From: Dimorphilus gyrociliatus
Taxonomy: Eukaryota; Animalia; Annelida
DNA length: 64,000 bases
NCBI GenBank assembly: GCA_904063045.1
Contig: CAJFCJ010000038.1
Coordinates: forward strand, 110,790 to 174,789
Direction of reading: 5' to 3'
Made by a program: the position numbers and the translations under genes. Under the pieces are notes generated by a model that was not told the origin of the DNA, did no database searches, and saw only the letters and a program-made list of their open reading frames with translations. Position 1 is the stretch's first letter. Each line of letters begins with the position of its first letter. Positions 36,940 to 48,054 of the stretch are shown piece by piece.

Positions 36940-39900
36940 ATGAATTCAAGAGAAAAACTCAGTTTTAATTACTACAGGAAAGATATCGAAACCTTATTTA
37001 TGAAAGAATGTGAACTATTAGAGATGTGTGCAAGTCAATATGACTTGAATAGTTGGGCATCAGGAGAAACTTTCATAGTAGAATTAGCAAATCCAAAGAA
37101 AAAAACAAAAGCGGTCCAGGAGCTGTTGAATTACCTCAGTGAAATTTCAATAGATGAAACACTTAAAATATTAGAAACTATTAATGATAATGGTAATAAA
37201 CAAGCTGAACAACTTAAAGAAAAGTTAAAAGATCAGACATATGTTTGGCATAAACTGGTAGCTGCCACAAAGGAACAGAGGAGGGATGACTGTGGTTTGA
37301 TTTTCCTTCTTCCATTCATTGGGACAAAACAAGCGAGGATTGAATATATCAATACTCCAATCAAAATGTTACAAATTACATCCGAGAATATTATTGAAAG
37401 AAAACTTGTAGATACAGAAGTGACTTATGAGAATTTTTTCAAGATATTCTATGAGAAATCTTACAATAAAATCTTGATTGAAGGAAAACCTGGAGGAGGA
37501 AAAAGTGTTCACATGAAAAATCTTCTCTTTAAATGGTCCAAGATTGAAGATAAGGACAAACTGTTTATATTTCTCATTTTGAAGAATGTTCAAATGGAAA
37601 AAAGTCTTTATGAGGAGATTGTGGAACAAAACTTTAAAAACATTCCATTCATTAATGCCAACATTGTTGAATTATTCTTCACTGAGAAGAGAAACGATGT
37701 AATATTGCTTTTAGACGGAGCAGATGAATTTCATTTAAAAAATCACAAAATCAATTCTATATTAAATGCACGAAAAACAAATATTCCAACTGCAATATGG
37801 TCTCGCAATTGGAAGGCACAAATGTTTGAAAGTACCTGTGATATTGCATTTGAGCTTATGGGATGGGATACTATTCAAATGGAAAACTTCTTTAGTAAGT
37901 GTTTTATCTCCAAGGAAAAAAGTGCAAATTTTATTGAAAAGGTTATAAATAATAATTCCAACATTAAAAGGTTGTGTAAAATTCCAATTTTAGCAATGAT
38001 TCTCTTCCATCTTTGGAATGAAAAAAAAGATATTTCTAAAAAATCTTTATATGAAATTTATGAAGATCTTGTTAAGATTATCCTCGAAAAGAATAGAAAG
38101 ATCTTGAAAGAATCTGACCAAAACCGTCTTTGTGAATTGTCTTTCATGAATCTTGCTAAAAACAAAATTATCTTACCCAAAGATAGCAATGAACAAGAAG
38201 TTTTTAAAGAAGGTTTACAGTGCTTAATTCAAGTTATTCCAACTGAATCTGATAAAATAGAACTACATTTCTATCATTTATCATTTCAAGAGTTTTTTTC
38301 AGCCCAGTTTCTAATAAAACAATTTAGACAAAGCAATAGAAACACTTTTTTGTCTAGTATGGATAATTTATTCAAAGAAACAAATAATTCCACCATTTAT
38401 AATGTAATTGACTTTATAAAAGAATACTGTGAAGACATCTTTAATGATATTATACTCTACTCCGAACTTGTAAGAAAAATGTACAATTGTAGTGACAATA
38501 TCAAAAAGATTTTATGTCAAGATTGGGATGACAGTGATACCATGAATTTAGAAAATGATGATATTCATGATTATATTCTGGAAACTTTAATAAAAAAGAT
38601 TGGAAAGTTCATAAAAATTGTAAAGATTGTCAATACAAATATCAACACTAAACTTTTATTTGAAATGCTTTTTTCAAATGCTGATGGTTTAAAGAAACTG
38701 ATAATACATCATACAGTTTTTTCGGATTATAGTTCAAATAATATATTCTTATCGAAATATTTGTGGAATTTAGAGCAATTGGAAATTAGGGATTGTTATT
38801 TGAATGAACAGACTCTGGAATATGTTGAAAAAGTCATAGGATATTGTCCTTCACTAAAAATTTTCATTCTATCAGACAACAAAATGTTGGGAGATGGGTT
38901 TAATGCAGTTTGTGAAAGACTAGCATCACAAAAAATTACTCATATTGATGTTTCCAACTGCCATTTGAATAACCAAGAAATTATAACTCTTGGAAAAACA
39001 ATTGCACAGTGTTCAGGATTAGAAAATATAGATTTATCATATAATAAACAAATAGGAGAAATATTTGAAGTAATATCTGATGGATTGAAAACTCCCTTGA
39101 AACATCTAAAACAAATCAAATTGGTTGAATGTGGTCTAACTGAGAAGCAAGCTGTAAGTCTTCACAAAATTATTCAAGGTTGCTCCTGTCTGGAAATTAT
39201 AGATTTATCAGGAAATCAAAATGCAGAGTTGGGAAGAAATTTTGGAAGAGACTCTTTTAAAAGTTTAATAAAAGTATACCTTAAATATTGTTGTGTAAGA
39301 GAAAAAGAAGCAATTCTTCTAGAATCTTGCTCATTTCTACAATGTTTAGATTTATCTGAAAATAAATTAATGGGAAATGGATTTAAAAATATTTGTAATG
39401 GAATATCTTCATCATGTGGGTTTATAAAAGAAATAAACCTAAAAAGTTGTAATCTAACTGAAAAACAAGGAGAATGGCTTGGAGATGCCTTGAAAAATTG
39501 TAGTTTGTTAGAAAGTGTTAGTTTATCATATAATAGATTAGGTGAAAAAGCTTTGGAAACAATATGTGATGGATTAATGTCATCTTCTTCCAAACTAAGT
39601 GAAATCAACCTAACAAGCTGTTTCTTGAGTAAAAAAAGTGCAAATTCCCTTTCAAAAATAATACAAGGATGCACTGCATTAGAAAGCATTGATTTATCTG
39701 AAAATGAAGAATTAGGCAGAGAATTTGTAAAAATTTTTCAAAACTGCTCTGAAAAATTAAAAACTCTTAAACTCTCTAATTGTAAAGTAAATCAAGTTGA
39801 TGCTCACAGTCTACAAAAGTTGACACAAATTTGTTCTTCATTAGAAATTGTTGATTTATCACATAATAAGGAAATGGGAAATGGATTTCAATCAATTTGT

Positions 39901-42900
39901 TGGCAATGGTCAAAGGGTAACTCATTAAAAGAAATAAATTTGTCTTATTGTAATCTTTCCAAAACAGAAGGAGAAGTTCTTGGAAAAGCACTTGAGAAAT
40001 GTCACAGTCTAACAACTCTAGATTTGTCAGGAAATAAAAAAATTGGAAAGGCATTTTATGAAATCTTCAAACAACTGCAATTTTGTAAGAAACTGAAAGA
40101 CATTAATATATCAGCCTGTCAAATTGCTATAGACACTGCTTTTTATTTTAGAACAGCAATTGAGGGTCATACTTCAATAGAAACTATAAATGTGTCATCA
40201 AACCATAATATTGACATGATTTTCCAAACACTAATGTCATCTTCTTCAGCATTAAAGAAAATCAATATAGCAAACTGCAACTTAAACAACCTGGAAGCAG
40301 TTCTTTTCAATACTTTACTAAAACATTGCAGAGCAATCAGAGAGATAAATTTAAATGGTAATAAAACATTTATTAAATATATAGAAGCATTAATTCCATC
40401 AGCAAAATCTCTAAAAAATATAAATCTGGCAAATTGCAATTTGCAAAATGAACAACTTCAGTTTCTCACAAAAACACTAAGACAATGCTCCTCATTAGAA
40501 ACTATAAATTTATCCCAAAATTTCAAGATTTGTACAGAATTTACAAAGATCTATGAAGCACTTACTTCATTATCACCATCTTTAAAAAATATCAATCTGG
40601 CTAATTGTAATTTAGGAAATCAACAAGCCCACTTTCTCACAAAAACACTAAAACAGTATCCTTCATTAGAGAGCATAGATCTCTCTAGGAATTTCACAAT
40701 TTCTACAGGATTATTAATGATTTTTGAAACATTTACTTCAGCGTCATCTTTTATAAAAAATATCAATCTCGCCAAATGCAATTTGGGAAATGTTCAAGTT
40801 CATTTTCTCATAAAAACACTAAGACAATGTACTTCCTTAGAGAGCATAGATTTATCAAGAAATTCTGGCATCAATCAAGAATGTAAAACAATTTTTGAAG
40901 CACTTACATTATCATCACTTTCATTAAAAAATATCAATCTAGCAGAGTGTAATTTGGGAAGCAGACAAGTTCAATTACTCACAAAAACACTAAGAGAATG
41001 TCCTTCATTAGAGAGCTTAGATTTATCTGGGAATTTTGGGATTTGTAAAGAATGTGAAAATATATTTGAAGCACTTTCATCATCATCATCTTCTTTGAAA
41101 AATATCAATCTGGCCAATTGTAATTTGGGAAATGAACAACTTCAGTTTCTTATAAAAACATTAACACAATATCCTTCATTAGAGAGCATAGACTTATCTG
41201 AGAATTATGGCATTTACAAAGAATGTAGCAATATTTTTCAAGCACTTACCTTATCATCACCTTCTTTAATAAATATCAATCTCGCTAATTGTAATTTGGG
41301 AAATGAACAAGTTCTGTTTCCCATAAAAAGATTAAGACAGTGTCCTTCCTTAGAGAGCATAGATCAATCTGGGAATTCTGATATTTATACTGAATGTGAA
41401 GATATTATTGAAACAGTTACATTGTCATCACATTCACTAAAAAATATTAATCTGGCCAATTGTAATTTGAAAAATGAACAAGTTCAGTTTCTGGCAATAG
41501 CATTAAGTAAATGTTCTTTATTAGAGAGGATAAATTTGTCAGGAAATTATGGCATTTACAAGGTATGTGATAAAATATTTCAAGCACTTACCTTATCATC
41601 ACCTTCTTTAATAAATATCAATCTCGCTAATTGTAATTTGAGAAATGAACAAGTTCACTTTCTCATAAAAACACTAAGACAGTGTCCTTCTTTAGAGAGC
41701 ATAGATTTATCTGGCAATTGTGGCATTAATGAAGAATGTGAAAATATATTTGAAGCACTTACCTTATCATCACATTCTTTAAAAAATATCCATCTGGCTA
41801 ATTGTAACTTAGGAAATGAACAAGTTCAGTTTCTCACAAAAATGCTAGGACAGTGTCCTTCAATTGAGACATTAGATTTGTCTGGGAACAGAGATATTTG
41901 TATAGAATATGACAATATTTTTGAAGCAATTACATCCTCAGCACTTTCTTTAAAAAATATCAGTCTGGCTAATTGTAATTTGGAAACTAGGCAAGCTCAG
42001 TTTCTTGCAAGAACACTAAGACAGTGTCACTTGTTAGAAAGAATAGATTTATCTGGGAATTCTGGGATTTGTAATGAATGGGAAAATGTTTTTGAAGCAC
42101 TTACCACATCATACCTTTCTTTAAAAGGTATAAGTTTGGCACAGTGTAATTTAGGAGACAGCCAAGCTCTGCTTCTTATAAGAAAACTAAGACTATGTTT
42201 ATCATTAGAGATCATAGATTTATCTGGGAATTTTTGGATTTGCACAAAATTTGGAAACATTTTTGAAGCACTTACATCATCATCACTTTCTTTAAAAAAA
42301 ATTAATCTGGCTAATTGTAATTTGGAAAATAAACATGCTCTGGTTCTCATCAACACAATAAATCGGTATGCTTCATTAGAGAGCATAGATTTATCTAGGA
42401 ATATTTGTATTTCTAAAGAGTATATACAGATTTTCAAAACACTTAGATCAGCATCAACTCCTTTAGAAAATATCAATCTCTCTAATTGTAATTTGAGAAA
42501 TGAACAAGTTCACTTTCTCATAAAAACACTAAGACAGTGTCCTTCTTTAGAGAGCATAGATTTATCTGGCAATTGTGCCATTAATGAAGAATATGAAAAT
42601 ATATTTCAAGCACTTACCTTATCATCACATTCTTTAAAAAATATCCATCTGGCTAATTGTAACTTAGGAAATGAACAAGTTCAGTTTCTCACAAAAACAT
42701 TAAGACAGTGTCATTCATTAGAGAGCATAGACCTATCTGGCAATTGTGGCATTGATGAAGAGTATGAAAATATATTTGAAGCACTTACCTTATCATCTCA
42801 TTCTTTAAAAAATATCCATCTGGCTAATTGTAACTTACGAAATGTACAAGTTCAGTTGCTCACAAAAACATTAAGACAGTGTCATTCATTAGAGAGCATA

Positions 42901-45900
42901 AATTTATCTGGCAATTTTGGCATTGATAAAGAGTATAAAAATATATTTGAAGCACTTACCTTATCATCTCATTCTTTAAAAAATATCCATCTGGCTAATT
43001 GTAACTTAGGAAATGAACAAGCTCAGCTTCTCACAAAAACATTAAGACGGTGTCGTTCTTTAAAGAGCATAGACTTATCTGGCAATTGTGACATTAATGA
43101 AGAATGTGAAAATATATTTGAAGCACTTACCTTATCATCTCATTCTTTAAAAAATATCCATCTGGCTAATTGTAACTTACGAAATGTACAAGTTCAGTTG
43201 CTCACAAAAACATTAAGACAGTGTCATTCATTAGAGAGCATAAATTTATCTGGCAATTGTGGCATTGATAAAGAGTATAAAAATATATTTAAAGCACTTA
43301 CCTTATCATCTCATTCTTTAAAAAATATCCATCTGGCTAATTGTAACTTACGAAATGTACAAGTTCAGTTTCTCACAAAAACATTAAGACAGTGTCATTC
43401 ATTAGAGAGCATAGACCTATCTGGCAATTGTGGCATTGATGAAGAGTATGAAAATATATTTGAAGCACTTACCTTATCATCTCCTTCTTTAAAAAATATC
43501 CATCTGGCTAATTGTAACTTACGAAATGTACAAGTTCAGTTGCTCACAAAAACATTAAGACAGTGTCATTCATTAGAGAGCATAAATTTATCTGGCAATT
43601 TTGGCATTGATAAAGAGTATAAAAATATATTTGAAGCACTTACCTTATCATCTCATTCTTTAAAAAATATCCATCTGGCTAATTGTAACTTAGGAAATGA
43701 ACAAGCTCAGCTTCTCACAAAAACATTAAGACGGTGTCGTTCTTTAAAGAGCATAGACTTATCTGGCAATTGTGACATTAATGAAGAATGTGAAAATATA
43801 TTTGAAGCACTTACCTTATCATCTCATTCTTTAAAAAATATCCATCTGGCTAATTGTAACTTACGAAATGTACAAGTTCAGTTTCTCACAAAAACATTAA
43901 GACAGTGTCATTCATTAGAGAGCATAGACCTATCTGGCAATTGTGGCATTGATGAAGAGTATGAAAATATATTTAAAGCACTTACCTTATCATCTCATTC
44001 TTTAAAAAATATCCATCTGGCTAATTGTAACTTACGAAATGTACAAGTTCAGTTTCTCACAAAAACATTAAGACAGTGTCATTCATTAGAGAGCATAGAC
44101 TTATCTGAGAATTATGGCATTTACAAAGAATGTAGCAATATTTTTCAAGCACTTACCTTATCATCACCTTCTTTAAAAAATATCCATCTGGCTAATTGTA
44201 ACTTACGAAATGTACAAGTTCAGTTTCTCACAAAAACATTAAGACAGTGTCATTCATTAGAGAGCATAGACCTATCTGGCAATTGTGGCATTGATGAAGA
44301 GTATGAAAATATATTTCAAGCACTTACCTTATCATCTCATTCTTTAAAAAATATCCATCTGGCTAATTGTAACTTACGAAATGTACAAGTTCAGTTTCTC
44401 ACAAAAACATTAAGACAGTGTCGTTCTTTAAAGAGCATAGACTTATCTGGCAATTGTGACATTAATGAAGAATGTGAAAATATATTTGAAGCACTTACCT
44501 TATCATCTCATTCTTTAAAAAATATCCATCTGGCTAATTGTAACTTACGAAATGTACAAGTTCAGTTGCTCACAAAAACATTAAGACAGTGTCATTCATT
44601 AGAGAGCATAAATTTATCTGGCAATTGTGGCATTGATAAAGAGTATAAAAATATATTTAAAGCACTTACCTTATCATCTCATTCTTTAAAAAATATCCAT
44701 CTGGCTAATTGTAACTTACGAAATGTACAAGTTCAGTTTCTCACAAAAACATTAAGACAGTGTCATTCATTAGAGAGCATAGACCTATCTGGCAATTGTG
44801 GCATTGATGAAGAGTATGAAAATATATTTGAAGCACTTACCTTATCATCTCCTTCTTTAAAAAATATCCATCTGGCTAATTGTAACTTACGAAATGTACA
44901 AGTTCAGTTGCTCACAAAAACATTAAGACAGTGTCATTCATTAGAGAGCATAAATTTATCTGGCAATTTTGGCATTGATAAAGAGTATAAAAATATATTT
45001 GAAGCACTTACCTTATCATCTCATTCTTTAAAAAATATCCATCTGGCTAATTGTAACTTAGGAAATGAACAAGCTCAGCTTCTCACAAAAACATTAAGAC
45101 GGTGTCGTTCTTTAAAGAGCATAGACTTATCTGGCAATTGTGACATTAATGAAGAATGTGAAAATATATTTGAAGCACTTACCTTATCATCTCATTCTTT
45201 AAAAAATATCCATCTGGCTAATTGTAACTTACGAAATGTACAAGTTCAGTTTCTCACAAAAACATTAAGACAGTGTCATTCATTAGAGAGCATAGACCTA
45301 TCTGGCAATTGTGGCATTGATGAAGAGTATGAAAATATATTTAAAGCACTTACCTTATCATCTCATTCTTTAAAAAATATCCATCTGGCTAATTGTAACT
45401 TACGAAATGTACAAGTTCAGTTTCTCACAAAAACATTAAGACAGTGTCATTCATTAGAGAGCATAGACTTATCTGAGAATTATGGCATTTACAAAGAATG
45501 TAGCAATATTTTTCAAGCACTTACCTTATCATCACCTTCTTTAAAAAATATCCATCTGGCTAATTGTAACTTACGAAATGTACAAGTTCAGTTTCTCACA
45601 AAAACATTAAGACAGTGTCATTCATTAGAGAGCATAGACCTATCTGGCAATTGTGGCATTGATGAAGAGTATGAAAATATATTTCAAGCACTTACCTTAT
45701 CATCTCATTCTTTAAAAAATATCCATCTGGCTAATTGTAACTTACGAAATGTACAAGTTCAGTTTCTCACAAAAACATTAAGACAGTGTCATTCATTAGA
45801 GAGCATAGACTTATCTGAGAATTATGGCATTTACAAAGAATGTAGCAATATTTTTCAAGCACTTACCTTATCATCACCTTCTTTAATAAATATCAATCTC

Positions 45901-46653
45901 GCTAATTGTAATTTGAGAAATGAACAAGTTCACTTTCTCATAAAAACACTAGGACAGTGTCCTTCTTTAGAGAGCATAGATTTATCTGGCAATTGTGCCA
46001 TTAATGAAGAATATGAAAATATATTTCAAGCACTTACCTTATCATCACATTCTTTAAAAAATATCCATTTGGCTAATTGTAACTTAGGAAATGGACAAGC
46101 TCAGCTTCTCACAAAAACATTAAGACGGTGTCGTTCTTTAAAGAGCATAGACTTATCTGGCAATTGTGCCATTAATGAAGAATATGAAAATATATTTCAA
46201 GCACTTACCTTATCATCACATTCTTTAAAAAATATCCATCTGGCTAATTGTAACTTAGGAAATGAACAAGCTCAGCTTCTCACAAAAACATTAAGACAGT
46301 GTCATTCATTAGAGAGCATAAATTTATCTGGCAATTGTGGCATTGATAAAGAGTATAAAAATATATTTGAAGCACTTACCTTATCATCTCATTCTTTAAA
46401 AAATATCCATCTGGCTAATTGTAACTTAGGAAATGAACAAGCTCAGCTTCTCACAAAAACATTAAGACAGTGTCGTTCTTTAAAGAGCATAGACTTATCT
46501 GGCAATTGTGACATTAATGAAGAATGTGAAAATATATTTGAAGAACTTACCTTATCATCTCATTCTTTAAAAAATATCCATTTGGCTAATTGTAACTCAA
46601 AAAAGAGTATGAAAATATATTTGAAGCACTTACCTTATCATCTCATTCTTTAA
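36940..46653 (+). CDS. Intronless NACHT-LRR (NLR) protein, 3237 aa
   Basis: Walker A GKPGGGKS (37483-37506), Walker B ILLLDGADEF, sensor SRNW, CKIPIL and winged-helix FYHLSFQEFFSA, followed by about 46 pairs of 28+29-aa RI-type LRRs. Confidence 0.95.
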   Translation: MNSREKLSFNYYRKDIETLFMKECELLEMCASQYDLNSWASGETFIVELANPKKKTKAVQELLNYLSEISIDETLKILETINDNGNKQAEQLKEKLKDQTYVWHKLVAATKEQRRDDCGLIFLLPFIGTKQARIEYINTPIKMLQITSENIIERKLVDTEVTYENFFKIFYEKSYNKILIEGKPGGGKSVHMKNLLFKWSKIEDKDKLFIFLILKNVQMEKSLYEEIVEQNFKNIPFINANIVELFFTEKRNDVILLLDGADEFHLKNHKINSILNARKTNIPTAIWSRNWKAQMFESTCDIAFELMGWDTIQMENFFSKCFISKEKSANFIEKVINNNSNIKRLCKIPILAMILFHLWNEKKDISKKSLYEIYEDLVKIILEKNRKILKESDQNRLCELSFMNLAKNKIILPKDSNEQEVFKEGLQCLIQVIPTESDKIELHFYHLSFQEFFSAQFLIKQFRQSNRNTFLSSMDNLFKETNNSTIYNVIDFIKEYCEDIFNDIILYSELVRKMYNCSDNIKKILCQDWDDSDTMNLENDDIHDYILETLIKKIGKFIKIVKIVNTNINTKLLFEMLFSNADGLKKLIIHHTVFSDYSSNNIFLSKYLWNLEQLEIRDCYLNEQTLEYVEKVIGYCPSLKIFILSDNKMLGDGFNAVCERLASQKITHIDVSNCHLNNQEIITLGKTIAQCSGLENIDLSYNKQIGEIFEVISDGLKTPLKHLKQIKLVECGLTEKQAVSLHKIIQGCSCLEIIDLSGNQNAELGRNFGRDSFKSLIKVYLKYCCVREKEAILLESCSFLQCLDLSENKLMGNGFKNICNGISSSCGFIKEINLKSCNLTEKQGEWLGDALKNCSLLESVSLSYNRLGEKALETICDGLMSSSSKLSEINLTSCFLSKKSANSLSKIIQGCTALESIDLSENEELGREFVKIFQNCSEKLKTLKLSNCKVNQVDAHSLQKLTQICSSLEIVDLSHNKEMGNGFQSICWQWSKGNSLKEINLSYCNLSKTEGEVLGKALEKCHSLTTLDLSGNKKIGKAFYEIFKQLQFCKKLKDINISACQIAIDTAFYFRTAIEGHTSIETINVSSNHNIDMIFQTLMSSSSALKKINIANCNLNNLEAVLFNTLLKHCRAIREINLNGNKTFIKYIEALIPSAKSLKNINLANCNLQNEQLQFLTKTLRQCSSLETINLSQNFKICTEFTKIYEALTSLSPSLKNINLANCNLGNQQAHFLTKTLKQYPSLESIDLSRNFTISTGLLMIFETFTSASSFIKNINLAKCNLGNVQVHFLIKTLRQCTSLESIDLSRNSGINQECKTIFEALTLSSLSLKNINLAECNLGSRQVQLLTKTLRECPSLESLDLSGNFGICKECENIFEALSSSSSSLKNINLANCNLGNEQLQFLIKTLTQYPSLESIDLSENYGIYKECSNIFQALTLSSPSLININLANCNLGNEQVLFPIKRLRQCPSLESIDQSGNSDIYTECEDIIETVTLSSHSLKNINLANCNLKNEQVQFLAIALSKCSLLERINLSGNYGIYKVCDKIFQALTLSSPSLININLANCNLRNEQVHFLIKTLRQCPSLESIDLSGNCGINEECENIFEALTLSSHSLKNIHLANCNLGNEQVQFLTKMLGQCPSIETLDLSGNRDICIEYDNIFEAITSSALSLKNISLANCNLETRQAQFLARTLRQCHLLERIDLSGNSGICNEWENVFEALTTSYLSLKGISLAQCNLGDSQALLLIRKLRLCLSLEIIDLSGNFWICTKFGNIFEALTSSSLSLKKINLANCNLENKHALVLINTINRYASLESIDLSRNICISKEYIQIFKTLRSASTPLENINLSNCNLRNEQVHFLIKTLRQCPSLESIDLSGNCAINEEYENIFQALTLSSHSLKNIHLANCNLGNEQVQFLTKTLRQCHSLESIDLSGNCGIDEEYENIFEALTLSSHSLKNIHLANCNLRNVQVQLLTKTLRQCHSLESINLSGNFGIDKEYKNIFEALTLSSHSLKNIHLANCNLGNEQAQLLTKTLRRCRSLKSIDLSGNCDINEECENIFEALTLSSHSLKNIHLANCNLRNVQVQLLTKTLRQCHSLESINLSGNCGIDKEYKNIFKALTLSSHSLKNIHLANCNLRNVQVQFLTKTLRQCHSLESIDLSGNCGIDEEYENIFEALTLSSPSLKNIHLANCNLRNVQVQLLTKTLRQCHSLESINLSGNFGIDKEYKNIFEALTLSSHSLKNIHLANCNLGNEQAQLLTKTLRRCRSLKSIDLSGNCDINEECENIFEALTLSSHSLKNIHLANCNLRNVQVQFLTKTLRQCHSLESIDLSGNCGIDEEYENIFKALTLSSHSLKNIHLANCNLRNVQVQFLTKTLRQCHSLESIDLSENYGIYKECSNIFQALTLSSPSLKNIHLANCNLRNVQVQFLTKTLRQCHSLESIDLSGNCGIDEEYENIFQALTLSSHSLKNIHLANCNLRNVQVQFLTKTLRQCRSLKSIDLSGNCDINEECENIFEALTLSSHSLKNIHLANCNLRNVQVQLLTKTLRQCHSLESINLSGNCGIDKEYKNIFKALTLSSHSLKNIHLANCNLRNVQVQFLTKTLRQCHSLESIDLSGNCGIDEEYENIFEALTLSSPSLKNIHLANCNLRNVQVQLLTKTLRQCHSLESINLSGNFGIDKEYKNIFEALTLSSHSLKNIHLANCNLGNEQAQLLTKTLRRCRSLKSIDLSGNCDINEECENIFEALTLSSHSLKNIHLANCNLRNVQVQFLTKTLRQCHSLESIDLSGNCGIDEEYENIFKALTLSSHSLKNIHLANCNLRNVQVQFLTKTLRQCHSLESIDLSENYGIYKECSNIFQALTLSSPSLKNIHLANCNLRNVQVQFLTKTLRQCHSLESIDLSGNCGIDEEYENIFQALTLSSHSLKNIHLANCNLRNVQVQFLTKTLRQCHSLESIDLSENYGIYKECSNIFQALTLSSPSLININLANCNLRNEQVHFLIKTLGQCPSLESIDLSGNCAINEEYENIFQALTLSSHSLKNIHLANCNLGNGQAQLLTKTLRRCRSLKSIDLSGNCAINEEYENIFQALTLSSHSLKNIHLANCNLGNEQAQLLTKTLRQCHSLESINLSGNCGIDKEYKNIFEALTLSSHSLKNIHLANCNLGNEQAQLLTKTLRQCRSLKSIDLSGNCDINEECENIFEELTLSSHSLKNIHLANCNSKKSMKIYLKHLPYHLIL
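40408..46563 (+). repeat. Coding tandem array of 36 exact-period 171-bp units (57 aa)
   Basis: Unit starts fall at 40408+171n (e.g. 42631, 42802, 43144, 46564). Core units 42460-46563 are near-identical. Confidence 0.95.
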
Positions 46654-48054
46654 AAAATATCCATTTGGCTAATTGTAACTCAGGAAATGCACAATCTCAG
46701 CTTCTCATAAAAACATTAAGACTCTGTCGTTCTTTAAAGAGCATAGACTTATCTGCAATTCTGGCATACATAAAGATGTGAAAATATATCTGAAGCACTT
46801 ACATCATCATCACTTTATTTCAAGAAGTTCCATCCCGCATATCAAAACTTTCAAAATGAACAAGTTAAATATCTCATAAAAACACTTAAACAGTGTGCTT
46901 GTTTAGATAGCATACATTTGTCTAGAAATTATGGCATCAATGAAGAATGTGAAAACATATTTGAAGCACTTACATCATCTTCACTTTCTTTAAAAAATAT
47001 CCATCTGGTGAATTGTAACTTACGAAATGAACAAGTTCACTATCTCACAAAAACATTAAGACAGTGTCATTCATTGGAGAGCATAAATTTATCTGGCAAT
47101 TATGGCATTTATGAAGAATATGAAAATATTTTTGAAGCCCTTTGCTTATCATCACATTCTTTAAAAAATATCCATCTGGCTAATTATAACTTAGGAAATG
47201 GACAAGCTCAGCTTCTCACAAAAACATTAAGACAGTGTCCTTCTTTAAAGACCATAGACTTATCTGGCCATTGTGGCATTAATGAAGAATGTGTAAACAT
47301 ATTTGGAGCACTTACATCATCTTCACTTTCTTTAAATAATATCCATCTTGCATATTGTAACTTAGGAAATGAACAAGTTCAGTATCTCACAAAAACACTA
47401 AGACAGTGTCCTTCTTTAAAGAGCATAAATTTATCTGGCAATTATGGCATTAATGAAGAATGTGAAAATATATTTGAAGCACTTACATCATCTTCACTTT
47501 CTTTAAATAATATCCATCTGGCTAATTGTACCTTAGGAAATGAACAAGTTCAGTTCCTCACAAAAACACTAAGGCAGTTCCCTTCTTTAAAGAGCATAGA
47601 TTTATCTGGCAATTTTGGTATTAATGAAGAATGTGTAAACATATTTGATGCACTTACATCATTGTCACTTTCTTTAAAGAGTATCCATCTGGCGTATTGT
47701 AAATTAGGAAATGATCAAGTTCAGTTTCCCACAATAACACTAAGGCATTTTCCTTCTTTAAAGAGGATAGATTTATCTGGCAATTGCGGCATTGATGAAG
47801 AATATAAAAATATATTTGAAGCACTTATGGTATCATCACATTCTTTAAAAAATATCCATCTGGCTAATTGTACCTTAGGAAATGAACAAGTTCAGTTCCT
47901 CACAAAAACACTAAGGCAGTTCCCTTCTTTAAAGAGCATAGATTTATATGGCAATTGTATCATTAATGAAGAATGTGAAAATATATTTGATGCACTTACC
48001 TTATCATCACATTCTTTAAAATATATCGTTATGCCTTATTGTAACTTACAATAA
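46654..48054 (+). pseudogene. Frameshift-separated C-terminal LRR tail of the NLR (about 8 more units)
   Basis: An 88-bp deletion in the unit at 46564 and two 1-bp deletions near 46755-46770 separate it from the main ORF. ORF 46918-48054 is in the same frame as 36940 and ends at the retroelement junction. Confidence 0.85.

Noticed and set aside
11805-39689. Numerous short antisense or alternate-frame ORFs overlapping the polycystin and NLR (e.g. 29533-29793, 39216-39689)
   Set aside because: They are shadow ORFs of real coding sequence with no independent motifs.
40408-48050. 171-bp tandem array as a CRISPR array or satellite DNA
   Set aside because: It is in-frame protein-coding LRR sequence with no repeat-spacer structure.
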